64,000 nt of DNA from the IMG/VR virus record IMGVR_UViG_3300020055_000004. One strand, 5' to 3'. A program made the translations under genes and the position numbers. This document shows, in pieces, positions 46,867 through 57,127 of the stretch (its first letter is position 1; each line of letters starts with the position of its first letter). This DNA comes from a virus. Under the pieces are notes generated by a model. It was not told where the DNA came from. It worked only from the letters and a program-made list of their open reading frames with translations, and did not search any database.

Positions 46867-47786
46867 AAGTCTTAGTTTTATTTTCAGGTGAAACTAGGTG
46901 TGTCTCTCAGGCAAAATTAGATAACATTAGTGCAATGTTTAATGGATACGATATAAAATATACCACGTGGGATGACGATCCTATGGCAAATGCGCCGTGG
47001 ATGCATGCCACATATCCACAACCAAAAGTAGGATATAATTGTGAAAAGCATATTATTGAGGAATGTTTAACATCTCTACGTGAATTTGGAGGAACATATC
47101 CATCTAAAATAAGTGAGTTTGAAGAAAAAAGAGGTGCACTCCATTTTTTACTTACCGGTGGTCGAGTCAGAGGTAGGAATAGATTTAAACAAGTTTTAGC
47201 TCATATTGCCGCATATAATGAATTTGCTCTTGGACAAGATTATGATATGGTTATTCGAGTACGATATGATTTAATCGCAGACGAATCAAAATATAATGCC
47301 ATTCATATAGATCCGATGTCAACTGAAACTATGTCGTTTCATGATCTTGTAACAAAATGTTATAATGAACACGCCCATTGCGGATTAGGATATTATTTTG
47401 ATGTTCCAAACTGGATTCGAATTGCCACACAGGTTGATTACAATCCTGAAATTCATCCACCAGCAGATAAAGTAGCTCTCATTAAAATAGATTATTCTGA
47501 TCACAAAAGCTATGCATGGGGTTTAGGTGATCTTATTATTATTCATCCAAATAATTATTTAAGAGTTGATTTTGTAAATGAAAGAATAGCAGCAAAAACT
47601 CAGTCAGGCGGTGAAGGCGGTTGGGGTCCATTGTTGGCTCAACCAACAGGTAATCAATATCATTATAGTGTTTTTAATAGTATAGATCTTCATCACGAAC
47701 CTGAATATATTGAACAATTAATCAATGTTCACAACAATAATTATACAAAATTTTGTACTAAACATGGAATCGTAGACGACAGATAA
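46863..47786 (+). CDS. Putative glycosyltransferase (paralog B)
   Basis: MKVLVLFSGETR, TW, YDMVIRVRYD. Confidence 0.55.
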   Translation: MKVLVLFSGETRCVSQAKLDNISAMFNGYDIKYTTWDDDPMANAPWMHATYPQPKVGYNCEKHIIEECLTSLREFGGTYPSKISEFEEKRGALHFLLTGGRVRGRNRFKQVLAHIAAYNEFALGQDYDMVIRVRYDLIADESKYNAIHIDPMSTETMSFHDLVTKCYNEHAHCGLGYYFDVPNWIRIATQVDYNPEIHPPADKVALIKIDYSDHKSYAWGLGDLIIIHPNNYLRVDFVNERIAAKTQSGGEGGWGPLLAQPTGNQYHYSVFNSIDLHHEPEYIEQLINVHNNNYTKFCTKHGIVDDR

Positions 47787-47787
47787 T

Positions 47788-48762
47788 ATGAAAACAGCTG
47801 TAATATTCTCGGGACTAGTCCGAGGTGACTATGAAACGGCCATTAAAAATTTTAAAAGGTGTTTCGATCCTGACACAACTGATTTTTTCTTTGTGACTTG
47901 GGATTTTCCAAAGAAAAGTAAAAAATGGCAAAAAGAAAGTACACGTGAATATTATCCATTTATTAATAGATATTATAAGCAACCGAAAATATCGTACTTT
48001 CCAAACAAGGCGGTATGGACAAAATACGCACGTGTTTGGAGAATTCTAAAAGAAAATGATTTCGATGTCAAGGGAACTTTACCGCCGGGGGTAATTAGAA
48101 ATAGACCAGATGATGTTGTTATAGAAGAAATGAGAGGTGGACTGAATAATCGTGTTGTTCAAAAAAACCAAACTAAACAGCACTTAATTCATGCATATGC
48201 AGTTAGAGATCTTATCGATAAATCAAAATATGATGTTATAGTTAGGGTACGCTATGATATCGTTGTAAATCGTAATCTTAAATATATGATGCCATTTTAT
48301 CTTAAGACTTGTTTCGATACAAAAACTCCTATAGGATTTCACACATATAATAATGATAGTGTTTATGGATTTTTAAGTGGCACACCTGATTTAAAATTTA
48401 GATTATCATCAGATATGCATGATTTTGTAATTATACATAGAGCTGATATGTTTGATCCTGAACATGTTATCTATAGAAACGAAAATCATAATTTAGAAAT
48501 TGCCGAAGGTGGTTGGTGGCAAATTATATGTGATCCATACGGTGTTCAACCATATATTGTAAATAACATGATAAGATTAACAGCTCAAGGTTTAGATGAA
48601 AAAATCTATCTTGAAAAAGAACGAGCTAAACCATCATGGACATATGAGTCAATACATGGATGTAAAGAAAATATGAGAATGATGTATGGATCGATCGCAG
48701 ATAAAGTAAAGGAAGGCGAAAATAACAAACCAACCGCACATGGAAAAATTGTACGATCATGA
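47788..48762 (+). CDS. Putative glycosyltransferase (paralog C)
   Basis: MKTAVIFSGLVR, TW, YDVIVRVRYD. Confidence 0.55.
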   Translation: MKTAVIFSGLVRGDYETAIKNFKRCFDPDTTDFFFVTWDFPKKSKKWQKESTREYYPFINRYYKQPKISYFPNKAVWTKYARVWRILKENDFDVKGTLPPGVIRNRPDDVVIEEMRGGLNNRVVQKNQTKQHLIHAYAVRDLIDKSKYDVIVRVRYDIVVNRNLKYMMPFYLKTCFDTKTPIGFHTYNNDSVYGFLSGTPDLKFRLSSDMHDFVIIHRADMFDPEHVIYRNENHNLEIAEGGWWQIICDPYGVQPYIVNNMIRLTAQGLDEKIYLEKERAKPSWTYESIHGCKENMRMMYGSIADKVKEGENNKPTAHGKIVRS

Positions 48763-49076
48763 AATTTAAAGTACTTAAAAATCAAAAATGGTTATTTTGG
48801 GCCGGAGGTATGGTAATATATCCATACGTTATTTTTAACATGCGACAACCTGGTCGTCGTATCTTCAAACACGAATTAGAACATTGTTATCAGATACAAA
48901 GTATGGGTGTGTGGGGATTCTATTCTTCATACATTCTTAAATTCTTTCGATATGGATATCGCAAACATCCATATGAAATAGAAGCATACGAATACCAGCG
49001 TGAGCCATTGACAGAAATTGAAGAGAGGTGGTATAAGACAGGTCTTATTGATCTCGATAATCAATGGCTCCCATAG
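48759..49076 (+). CDS. Small HExxH protein
   Basis: KHELEHCYQ, PYEIEAY. Confidence 0.6.
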   Translation: MKFKVLKNQKWLFWAGGMVIYPYVIFNMRQPGRRIFKHELEHCYQIQSMGVWGFYSSYILKFFRYGYRKHPYEIEAYEYQREPLTEIEERWYKTGLIDLDNQWLP

Positions 49077-49078
49077 CA

Positions 49079-49107
49079 TTTACTTTTCCAACGTTTTAGT
49101 GTAGAAT
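49079..49107 (+). promoter_or_regulatory. Early-type promoter TTTACT-N17-TAGAAT
   Basis: Upstream of uvsX. Confidence 0.75.
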
Positions 49108-49142
49108 ATATTAAATATCAACCTGCGTGGAGAATACTATAC

Positions 49143-50204
49143 ATGAGCGTACTCGCTAAACTAAAGAAGAACTCAACAATCAAAGATACGTCAATCCTGA
49201 CTGAATCCAAGTTCTTCACACAAAAAGACATGATCCCTACCGCCATCCCCGTCATCAATGTAGCATTGAGTGGTAGATTGGATGGTGGTCTCACTCCTGG
49301 CCTTACGATGTGGGCTGGTCCTTCTAAACACTTTAAGACTGCGTTTAGTCTACTCATGGCTAAAGCATATATGGACAAATATGAAGATGCAGCACTTTTA
49401 TTCTACGATTCAGAATTTGGTACTCCACAATCATACTTTGATTCTTTCGGAATCGATGGCGATCGTGTACTCCATACCCCTATTACTGATGTTGAACAAT
49501 TAAAGTTTGATATCATGAAACAACTCGATCAGGTCGATCGTGGCGATAAGCTGATCGTCATTGTCGACTCCATCGGTAACTTGGCTTCAAAGAAAGAAGT
49601 CGAAGATGCACTTAACGAGAAAGCAGTGGCAGACATGTCGCGAGCTAAGCAAATTAAGTCGCTGTTTCGTATGGTGACTCCTCATCTCACCCTCAAAGAT
49701 ATCCCTATGGTAGTAGTCAATCATACCTATAAAGAAATGTCTTTGTTCCCTAAAGATATTGTTGGAGGCGGCACTGGTTCATACTACTCAGCTGACAATA
49801 TCTACATCATCGGCCGTCAACAAGAAAAAGAAGGTAAAGATGTTGTTGGATATAATTTCATCATTAATGTGGAAAAATCAAGACATGTACGTGAGAAGGC
49901 GAAAATCCCTGTTACTGTTACTCATGACGGCGGCCTTTCTAAGTGGAGCGGGCTTCTCGACATTGCTATGGATGGTGGTTTTGTAGCGAAGCCATCGAAT
50001 GGTTGGTATCAGCGCGTCGATACATCAACAGGTGAATTGGTTGGTACAAAGGTAAGAGCCAAAGATACAGATACAGCTGATTTCTGGATGCCTATACTTA
50101 CAACTTCTGGTTTTGCAGATTATGTAAAGAATAAGTACTCGGTAGCTCATTCATCTATTATTAAAGACGAAGAAATAGAGGATTTCTTGACTAATGAAGT
50201 TTGA
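49143..50204 (+). CDS. uvsX: RecA-like recombinase UvsX
   Basis: GPSKHFKT, FYDSEFG, DSIGNLASKKE, ADMSRAK, VNHTY. Confidence 0.97.
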   Translation: MSVLAKLKKNSTIKDTSILTESKFFTQKDMIPTAIPVINVALSGRLDGGLTPGLTMWAGPSKHFKTAFSLLMAKAYMDKYEDAALLFYDSEFGTPQSYFDSFGIDGDRVLHTPITDVEQLKFDIMKQLDQVDRGDKLIVIVDSIGNLASKKEVEDALNEKAVADMSRAKQIKSLFRMVTPHLTLKDIPMVVVNHTYKEMSLFPKDIVGGGTGSYYSADNIYIIGRQQEKEGKDVVGYNFIINVEKSRHVREKAKIPVTVTHDGGLSKWSGLLDIAMDGGFVAKPSNGWYQRVDTSTGELVGTKVRAKDTDTADFWMPILTTSGFADYVKNKYSVAHSSIIKDEEIEDFLTNEV

Positions 50205-50682
50205 AGTTCTAGATAATTTTCTAAGACCTAATGAAATAGAATATATTACTCATATTGTAATGAACAACCTAACATGGCTGAGCAATGGAAAAGGTGGTTG
50301 GGCTCGCGATGGTGATTGCAACATTGCCGCATGGAATAGCTATTTGAAAATGGAAAATGAATTTGAAAATGATTATTCTAAAGATTTATTATCAGTATTC
50401 AATGGTTTTTTTGAAGTCTTCGGTCATCCTAGTCAAGCAAGAGTAATGTGGGCAGAAAGAACTGTAGAAAAAATGCTTGGTGATTTTCATACTGATTCAC
50501 TAAACAAGCATAAGGTTGGTATATTTTATCTAACAACATGTAATGGGACAACAGACTTTGATGGTGTATCTATAGAATCGAAGAGAAACAGATTTTTACT
50601 TTTTGATGGTGATATGAGACATAGATCAACATCAAATACTGATACTAACGAACGAATCGTAATTCATTTTTTATGGGAATAA
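50194..50682 (+). CDS. Putative 2OG-Fe(II) oxygenase
   Basis: LDNFL, FHTD, IFYLTTCNG.T, NRFLLFDG..HRS, R. Confidence 0.7.
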   Translation: MKFEVLDNFLRPNEIEYITHIVMNNLTWLSNGKGGWARDGDCNIAAWNSYLKMENEFENDYSKDLLSVFNGFFEVFGHPSQARVMWAERTVEKMLGDFHTDSLNKHKVGIFYLTTCNGTTDFDGVSIESKRNRFLLFDGDMRHRSTSNTDTNERIVIHFLWE

Positions 50683-50755
50683 CAACATTTTTATTGTATG
50701 TACTTTTTATTATTCTTGGAGTAATATGGTGGTATATTAAAGGTGAGGATGATGT

Positions 50756-52159
50756 ATGACTGATATTTCAATAGAAGATCTTATCTTCTCAAGTCTCGTT
50801 CATAACGAAGATTATATTCGTACGACGTTGCCATATATTAAACCAGAATACTTTGTTAATCATGAGTATCGTATCATCTTTGGTTTAATCGAAGAACATT
50901 TTACAAAATACAATGTCGCACCTACACAAGCAGCACTAAAGATTGAATTGGACGATTTGCAACTCAATCAAGATTCATATGCCGAAGCTGTACAACTAAT
51001 TGGTCGATTGCAAAAACAAGACACTGACTATGATTGGTTGGTGAAACAAACCGAAAAGTATTGTCAAGACAAAGCAATCTATAATGCCATCATGGAATCT
51101 ATTCAGGTTATCGATGGTAAAGTCAAAGATAAAGATAAAGGTGCGCTGCCTCAGATCCTATCTGATGCGCTTTCGGTATCCTTTGATCAACATATTGGCC
51201 ACGATTTTCTTGAAGACTATGAGGCTCGATATGACTTCTATCATAAAGTTGTAGAGCGTGTGCCATTTGACATCGAATATCTGAATAAGATCACTCGAGG
51301 TGGTGTTCCTCGTAAAACACTTAATGTTATCTTGGCTGGTACTGGTGTTGGTAAGACGTTGATGATGTGTCACTTCGCTGCAGCTAATCTTATGGCTGGT
51401 AAGAATGTATTGTATATTACATTAGAAATGGCCGAAGAACGTATCTCAGAACGTATCGATGCAAATCTAATGTCCATACCATTGAACGATTTGGAGACAT
51501 ACCCACGCGAAACCTATCAGACCAAAATACAACGAATACGGAACAAGACGTCTGGTAAATTGATCGTGAAGGAGTATCCTACGGCATCTGTTGGGTCTGG
51601 TCATTTTAGACATCTCCTGAATGAACTGAAAATGAAAAAGAAGTTTATACCGGACATTATCTATATCGATTATCTAAATTTATGCACATCATCACGTATT
51701 CGTGGTGGCGCGAATGTTAATAGTTATACATTGGTGAAAGCCATAGCAGAAGAACTAAGAGGACTTGCAGTTGAATACAATCTCCCGATCTTTACCGCAA
51801 CGCAGACAAATCGTACAGGCTTCACGTCGTCGGATGTGGGGCTTGAAGACACGAGTGAATCATTTGGATTGCCCGCTACTGCGGACTTTATGTTTGCCGC
51901 CATATCTTCAGAAGAACTTGAAAGCCTCGGCCAGCTCCTCATCAAACAACTCAAAAACCGATATAACGATCCTGGCCTCTACCGAAGATTCGTAGTTGGT
52001 GTAGATCGAGCTCGAATGAAGATATATGATGTAGAACAGAATGCACAGGAAAACGTTGGACCTGATATCGATGATAAACCAATCATGGATAGCAGTGCAT
52101 TCGGTGAAAGATTGAAAGCAGAAAAATTTGATAGGAATGTATTTGACTCATGGAAATGA
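50756..52159 (+). CDS. gp41: Replicative helicase gp41 (DnaB-like)
   Basis: AGTGVGKT, ITLEMAEERI.ERID, VKEYPT, IDYLN, TATQTNR, SESFGLPATAD, KQLKNRY. Confidence 0.97.
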   Translation: MTDISIEDLIFSSLVHNEDYIRTTLPYIKPEYFVNHEYRIIFGLIEEHFTKYNVAPTQAALKIELDDLQLNQDSYAEAVQLIGRLQKQDTDYDWLVKQTEKYCQDKAIYNAIMESIQVIDGKVKDKDKGALPQILSDALSVSFDQHIGHDFLEDYEARYDFYHKVVERVPFDIEYLNKITRGGVPRKTLNVILAGTGVGKTLMMCHFAAANLMAGKNVLYITLEMAEERISERIDANLMSIPLNDLETYPRETYQTKIQRIRNKTSGKLIVKEYPTASVGSGHFRHLLNELKMKKKFIPDIIYIDYLNLCTSSRIRGGANVNSYTLVKAIAEELRGLAVEYNLPIFTATQTNRTGFTSSDVGLEDTSESFGLPATADFMFAAISSEELESLGQLLIKQLKNRYNDPGLYRRFVVGVDRARMKIYDVEQNAQENVGPDIDDKPIMDSSAFGERLKAEKFDRNVFDSWK

Positions 52160-52323
52160 AGAAGATCGTGTATGAACACTGGAAAACTGGTGATCATCTA
52201 ACCTGTATAGGTACTATTGCGCATGATAATCCACAAAGTGATAGAATAGTTATACGTGAACCTGATGGAACTTTCGAAGATATTATTAAAAAAACAATAG
52301 TGAGTATTGAAGATTATGTTTGA
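52156..52323 (+). CDS. Hypothetical protein (55 aa)
   Basis: ATGA overlap with gp41 stop; open frame. Confidence 0.45.
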   Translation: MKKIVYEHWKTGDHLTCIGTIAHDNPQSDRIVIREPDGTFEDIIKKTIVSIEDYV

Positions 52324-52888
52324 ACCAATATTCCTATGTAATAAATTTGTGACAACACTTGAATTTGATAATGTACAACTTGCTAAAGATGTTTTAGAAT
52401 TAAAAGATGATAAAGCTTTTAAAGATCCGAAGCATACGTTTTTCGAAGATAGTGATTATCCAACAACAAAATTAGGTAAAAAACTAATATCAGCAGTTGA
52501 TCAAGTTATAAAAGAAAATATACATTCAGGATTTTCTACTCAACAAAAATGGTCTCATATTATTAATCCGGGTGAATCTACCGGACCACATCAACATAGC
52601 GATAGACAGAATCCTATGGCTCTATCTTGGGTATATTATGTAGATGCTGACGATAGTACTGGTGATCTTATCTTTAGTATGATGGCAGAAAAACGAAGAG
52701 TGATTGATTATGTGATTCCTGAAACAGGTAAGCTTGTTATTTTTCCTGATTGGATAACACATTATACTCAAAGAAATACGAGCGATAAAATTAGAATTTC
52801 AGTGAGTGGAAATGCATACGTATCTGATTATGACCTTTTAGGGGATGGACAAAACTTTTGGACAGTTTATGGAATTGGAGATGATTGA
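52316..52888 (+). CDS. Putative 2OG-Fe(II) oxygenase
   Basis: HQH, SWVYYV, GKLVIFP..ITH, RISVSGN. Confidence 0.78.
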   Translation: MFEPIFLCNKFVTTLEFDNVQLAKDVLELKDDKAFKDPKHTFFEDSDYPTTKLGKKLISAVDQVIKENIHSGFSTQQKWSHIINPGESTGPHQHSDRQNPMALSWVYYVDADDSTGDLIFSMMAEKRRVIDYVIPETGKLVIFPDWITHYTQRNTSDKIRISVSGNAYVSDYDLLGDGQNFWTVYGIGDD

Positions 52889-53153
52889 GTACAAATATAA
52901 TGAACAGCAACTAATCGATGAACTAAAAGCATATGTTGATCAAACTTATGATGAACACTATGCACAAAACAAAGTTCAGACCACAGAGTTTGTTATTGAT
53001 GCCGGTCATGGTGAAGGATTTTGTTTGGGAAATGTGATTAAATATACTCAACGTTATGGTAAAAAAGAAGGTAAGAACCGAAAAGATCTACTTAAAGTTC
53101 TTCACTACGCACTTATTGCATTGCACGTACATGATTTAACAAATGAAAAATGA
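52881..53153 (+). CDS. DUF3310-like (T7 gp1.7-like nucleotide kinase family) protein
   Basis: HYA, GFCLGNVIKY..RYGKK...DLLK..HY. Confidence 0.7.
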   Translation: MIEYKYNEQQLIDELKAYVDQTYDEHYAQNKVQTTEFVIDAGHGEGFCLGNVIKYTQRYGKKEGKNRKDLLKVLHYALIALHVHDLTNEK

Positions 53154-53841
53154 TGATTTACCTCATATAGACAAATTAGAATTAGGCTTGAACAAGCTTT
53201 TTTCTAATTTCCAATATCTAGATTTTAGTTTACCTATTCTTGCCGGCAAGCTTCATCCTGATATACACAATGATTTTTTAAGATTAGCTTATGAGTGTAG
53301 AGAAACCCTTAATCATCCTGATTTAGGTTTTCTAAAACATCATCATAATGTAGGTGCTAATGCAGGACAAACTGCAATTCCTATTACTAAAATTTTAGAT
53401 TCAAACTTACATGCCTACATGATAGGTTTGGCTACCTATTTTATGCATCAACGAACTGATAAGTCTTATTCTGAATTATGGTCTGGTGCTGCTATTCAAA
53501 TGGCAGCTGTTCCATATAATAAAGAATCTTCTTGGTGGTTCAATTTGGCAGATTCGTCTAGTGAAAATTTACCACATGTTCATCCATGTACATTCACAAC
53601 AGTTGTCTATGTAAAAAATTGTCATGTAGCGCCTACAGTATTCTATGATTCAGAACGAAATGAAACATATGAACATTGGGGTAAAGATGGTGAAGTTGTC
53701 ATCTTACCCGGTTGGGTATTTCATGGTGTAGGTAAATTTTCATCAGATGAGACAAGAATTACAGCCGCCTGCAATATCAATAAGTATTCAGAAGATTCGG
53801 CGCTTTGGTCATTTTTAACTGATTTTGAAACCATTTTATAA
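53143..53841 (+). CDS. Putative 2OG-Fe(II) oxygenase
   Basis: WWFN, HVH, VVYV, GEVVILPGWVFHGV, RIT..CN. Confidence 0.7.
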   Translation: MKNDDLPHIDKLELGLNKLFSNFQYLDFSLPILAGKLHPDIHNDFLRLAYECRETLNHPDLGFLKHHHNVGANAGQTAIPITKILDSNLHAYMIGLATYFMHQRTDKSYSELWSGAAIQMAAVPYNKESSWWFNLADSSSENLPHVHPCTFTTVVYVKNCHVAPTVFYDSERNETYEHWGKDGEVVILPGWVFHGVGKFSSDETRITAACNINKYSEDSALWSFLTDFETIL

Positions 53842-53851
53842 GCAAAAGATC

Positions 53852-54003
53852 AAAAAGTTATATACTTAGACGAAAATAGTCTAAAAAAAGTGAAAAAAGT
53901 TCTTGAAAAAGTCTAATAAAATCAATAACTTGCAAGTCTTCAAAAAGTCTTTATAAATCAATAACTTAGAGATGTACATTCCTGTCACCGCTTGATAGAA
54001 TAG
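53852..54003 (+). repeat. Duplicated regulatory cassette, copy 2 (IHF-consensus sites at 53920 and 53956; promoter 53973-54001)
   Basis: Near-identical to 34332-34483. Confidence 0.9.
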
Positions 54004-54037
54004 CACTTGTAAATTGGAAAAACACAGGAAAAAAGCT

Positions 54038-54352
54038 ATGGCAACATTCACTATTCACCAGCTCGACCGAGACCTCTCTGATCGAGATCTTGATACTTAT
54101 CGTCGTCTGTCTTTCAATGATTCAGACTATCAACCTCAAGATTTTCAATACTTCAATCCAGTTGCTCGGGTTGAAGCGGTTGACCTCGACGATGTGTTTC
54201 ATCTCACAAATGCTTGGAACAATCCTGACGCAGTTCGTCGATTTATGCCAATGCACTCACTGAGTGTTGGTGATATTATTGAGACTCACACTGACGGTCA
54301 TCGATATTTCATGGTGGCAGGTTTTGGTTTTAACGAAATTGAAGTAGCTTAA
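54038..54352 (+). CDS. YodL-like domain protein
   Basis: FTIHQL, LDDVFHLTN, MHSLSVGDII, FMV..FGF. Confidence 0.7.
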   Translation: MATFTIHQLDRDLSDRDLDTYRRLSFNDSDYQPQDFQYFNPVARVEAVDLDDVFHLTNAWNNPDAVRRFMPMHSLSVGDIIETHTDGHRYFMVAGFGFNEIEVA

Positions 54353-54357
54353 GGAGA

Positions 54358-55026
54358 ATGACTATGACCAATCCAGTATACAACACTGAAGCTTTCGAAA
54401 AAATCATCAACGGTGGTTACACTGCATTCGAATTCACTGACGAAAAATATTTTTGGTCATCAAGTGTAGTTACAGTCTATGCGCGAGTCGACTACAAATA
54501 TACAAAAGATGATGATATCAAGTACGAGCTCAGGACCGAAATCAATCGATCGTCTGGTGGCGAAAATGGTTTGGACGCTATCGAAACTACCAATGCTTAC
54601 ATCAAACTACTTGGCGAAGCGTGCAACTTTGTCGAAGCCGTTCGCAATGACGAAGAAGCTATCATGACTGCTTTCGCAGATATCCAAGCAGAACGAAAAC
54701 GTTTGCGTGATGAAGAAGAAGCCGAGCGTAAAGCGAAGATCGATGCTGATACCAGAATTGGTCATGAAAAAGCAAAAGCTATCGTCGGCGCAATGTTTGC
54801 AAATTGCAAACTCGCTTCTAACTATCTTGATACCATCAAAGTTCGCGTACGTGGTAGTGATAAGACTTATGCTTTCTTCGCCGAGTGGACTGGTTCGATT
54901 GTGGCTTTTGCTGAACGAAGCAGATACGGCGGTTATACACGCATTCGTCGATCCGCGCTAATCAATAAGATCTCTGAGATGGCTGAAATTGTACCCATTG
55001 AAGTGGCTGTCGAAGAAGCAGCATAA
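54358..55026 (+). CDS. Hypothetical early protein
   Basis: AAGGAG RBS, long ORF. Confidence 0.65.
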   Translation: MTMTNPVYNTEAFEKIINGGYTAFEFTDEKYFWSSSVVTVYARVDYKYTKDDDIKYELRTEINRSSGGENGLDAIETTNAYIKLLGEACNFVEAVRNDEEAIMTAFADIQAERKRLRDEEEAERKAKIDADTRIGHEKAKAIVGAMFANCKLASNYLDTIKVRVRGSDKTYAFFAEWTGSIVAFAERSRYGGYTRIRRSALINKISEMAEIVPIEVAVEEAA

Positions 55027-55048
55027 ATAAGGTTTGGAGGAACTTCCT

Positions 55049-55363
55049 ATGAAAAAATTATTCGCACTCGCATTGGTTCTCGTTGCTTTCGAAGCCAATG
55101 CACAGACAGAAGAAGAGAAAGTAGCAAACAACTTGTTTTGTAAGAATTGCTACACTGTTACAGATCCACAAACCGGAGACTTTATTCCTAAGTCACAGGT
55201 CCTTCGTAATCAATGTGATCGAACAGCTACCGGTACTGGTGCATTTTGTGGTATAGTAGAAAAGAATATTGATCGTACAGCATGGTATGCACGTCGATCG
55301 ATTGATAATAAGGTACAGCGTACCATTAATCGTAAAATTGATAGAATCATGGATAAACTATGA
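55049..55363 (+). CDS. Small secreted protein
   Basis: Signal peptide; GGAGG RBS; CATAAATA late-like promoter at 55022. Confidence 0.6.
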   Translation: MKKLFALALVLVAFEANAQTEEEKVANNLFCKNCYTVTDPQTGDFIPKSQVLRNQCDRTATGTGAFCGIVEKNIDRTAWYARRSIDNKVQRTINRKIDRIMDKL

Positions 55364-55527
55364 ATAGATATGTAAAAATAGGTTTGCTTTATGGTATTGT
55401 TGTACCAGTAGCAATAGTTTGGGATTTGCTGTTTACTGCTATCGAATACGCCTATAAAGGCTGTGCTTGGGTAGATAAAAAAGGTGAAGCCATCATTGAT
55501 GACATTCAAGATGATTTGAGGAAATAA
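55360..55527 (+). CDS. Small membrane protein
   Basis: Coupled open frame with TM. Confidence 0.45.
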   Translation: MNRYVKIGLLYGIVVPVAIVWDLLFTAIEYAYKGCAWVDKKGEAIIDDIQDDLRK

Positions 55528-55529
55528 TT

Positions 55530-55685
55530 ATGGAAAAAGTGGTTTTGATTGAAATTGACACAATGAATAAAATTCTCGCTGTTTTAGGTGCAATGCCTTA
55601 CAATCAAGTTTCTGAACTAGTGGCTGAGATTCAAAACAATACGAATATTATTGATCGACCTAGTGGAGAAGCTGAGGCTGAGTAA
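55530..55685 (+). CDS. Hypothetical protein
   Basis: GAGGA RBS; LGAMPYNQV. Confidence 0.5.
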   Translation: MEKVVLIEIDTMNKILAVLGAMPYNQVSELVAEIQNNTNIIDRPSGEAEAE

Positions 55686-55879
55686 TGGAACTTATTATCA
55701 TGGCAATTGGTACACTCTATATTTTTGGATGGAGTGTCTTTTGGCTCACGATCATTGGTTTAATAGTTTGGGCGATTTGCAAATTTGCAGGCGTTATTTT
55801 TAAGTTTGCTTTTTATGGACTCCTCGGCATTTTAGCCTTGGGTTCTTTAATTAGTCTTTTGACATGGAGTTATGCATAA
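55685..55879 (+). CDS. Small membrane protein
   Basis: Hydrophobic, coupled. Confidence 0.5.
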   Translation: MELIIMAIGTLYIFGWSVFWLTIIGLIVWAICKFAGVIFKFAFYGLLGILALGSLISLLTWSYA

Positions 55880-56169
55880 TGGTCACGCGTGATCCAATGA
55901 AACGAGCTGAAGGTAGACAAAAGCCTGATCGCTCATGGTATCCAGAAAATTTTGATTGGTATTTGAAGTGGATCGCTTCAATCATGATTCTTATCTCACT
56001 TGCAATGAGATCTGCAGGACCAGATTATCGAATGTATGATTTGGTATTCGGTGTTATTGGCATCCTATTGTGGTTATGGGTTTCAGTCATCTGGAGAGAT
56101 CGAGCTCTTATCATGTTGAATGCAGTATCTGCGTTCATGTTGGCATCAACTATATTACGAGAAATTTAA
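55879..56169 (+). CDS. Membrane protein
   Basis: DWYLKWIAS...WRDRALIMLN. Confidence 0.6.
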   Translation: MVTRDPMKRAEGRQKPDRSWYPENFDWYLKWIASIMILISLAMRSAGPDYRMYDLVFGVIGILLWLWVSVIWRDRALIMLNAVSAFMLASTILREI

Positions 56170-56459
56170 TGAAAAATAGATATAGTGATGATTATCATTG
56201 GGAAAAACTCAATGACAAAGAGTACAAGTTTGTGATGGAAGGCGACTCAATGAAGTACTGTCGTTATGGTGGTAAGGAAGGTCAAGAAAAACTGGATATA
56301 AATGATCTTGGTATGTTTGATCCGAGTGGCGGCCCGTATGTTGCAATTGGCTCTATAATTTTCTATGATGAGATTCAAGGTGGACAGAAGGGTGATGAAC
56401 CACTGCTAGTAAATCATATTCGACTTGATGGCGAAAATTTTATTATTAAGGTTGAGTAA
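56169..56459 (+). CDS. Hypothetical protein
   Basis: KNRY, FDPSGGPY. Confidence 0.6.
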   Translation: MKNRYSDDYHWEKLNDKEYKFVMEGDSMKYCRYGGKEGQEKLDINDLGMFDPSGGPYVAIGSIIFYDEIQGGQKGDEPLLVNHIRLDGENFIIKVE

Positions 56460-56464
56460 AATAA

Positions 56465-57127
56465 ATGAAAGTAAAACTAATTAGTCATAGTCAGGTACCA
56501 GTAGATGTAGTATTTGATCGTGGTGATTATGCATCTGCCCTTGATCTCGTTGCTTTCTGTGCACGAGTCAGTAATCCTTCTAATCAGATGAACAAAGAGA
56601 CATCTGAGAAGCTGGTTAAATATCTTATCAAGCATAAACATTGGTCACCACTCGAGATGGTATCAGTGTGTATGGAAATAGAAACAACTCGTGATATTGC
56701 TCGTCAGTTATTGCGACATCGATCGTTCTCATTCCAAGAATTCTCTCAACGATATGCAGATCCGACTGACATGGAAGAATATCCATTCGAAGTAAGAGAA
56801 GCACGTTTGCAAGATCCAAAGAATCGTCAGAATAGTATTGCATGCGATGATGAATATATTATGGAGCGATGGGAAGATGAGCAACTGGCTGTTATCAATA
56901 GAGCTCAACGAGCATATAAATGGGCTATAGATCATGGCATTGCCAAAGAACAAGCTCGAGCTGTACTACCGGAAGGTAACACAATTTCCAGATTGTATGT
57001 AAATGGTACACTCAGGTCATGGGTACATTTTATTGAGCTGCGATCCGCAAATGGTACACAGCTCGAACACATGGAGTTAGCGAAAGAATGTGGAAAAGTT
57101 ATATCGGATATATTTCCGCTGGTTTGA
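56465..57127 (+). CDS. thyX: Flavin-dependent thymidylate synthase
   Basis: CARVS, HWSPLE, RQLLRHRSFSFQEFSQRY, AKEQARAVLP, LRSWVHF. Confidence 0.97.
   Translation: MKVKLISHSQVPVDVVFDRGDYASALDLVAFCARVSNPSNQMNKETSEKLVKYLIKHKHWSPLEMVSVCMEIETTRDIARQLLRHRSFSFQEFSQRYADPTDMEEYPFEVREARLQDPKNRQNSIACDDEYIMERWEDEQLAVINRAQRAYKWAIDHGIAKEQARAVLPEGNTISRLYVNGTLRSWVHFIELRSANGTQLEHMELAKECGKVISDIFPLV

Noticed and set aside
40448-52159. Introns, inteins or homing endonucleases in gp43, uvsX, gp41
   Set aside because: Genes are uninterrupted and of normal length; no splice or LAGLIDADG/GIY-YIG/HNH motifs seen
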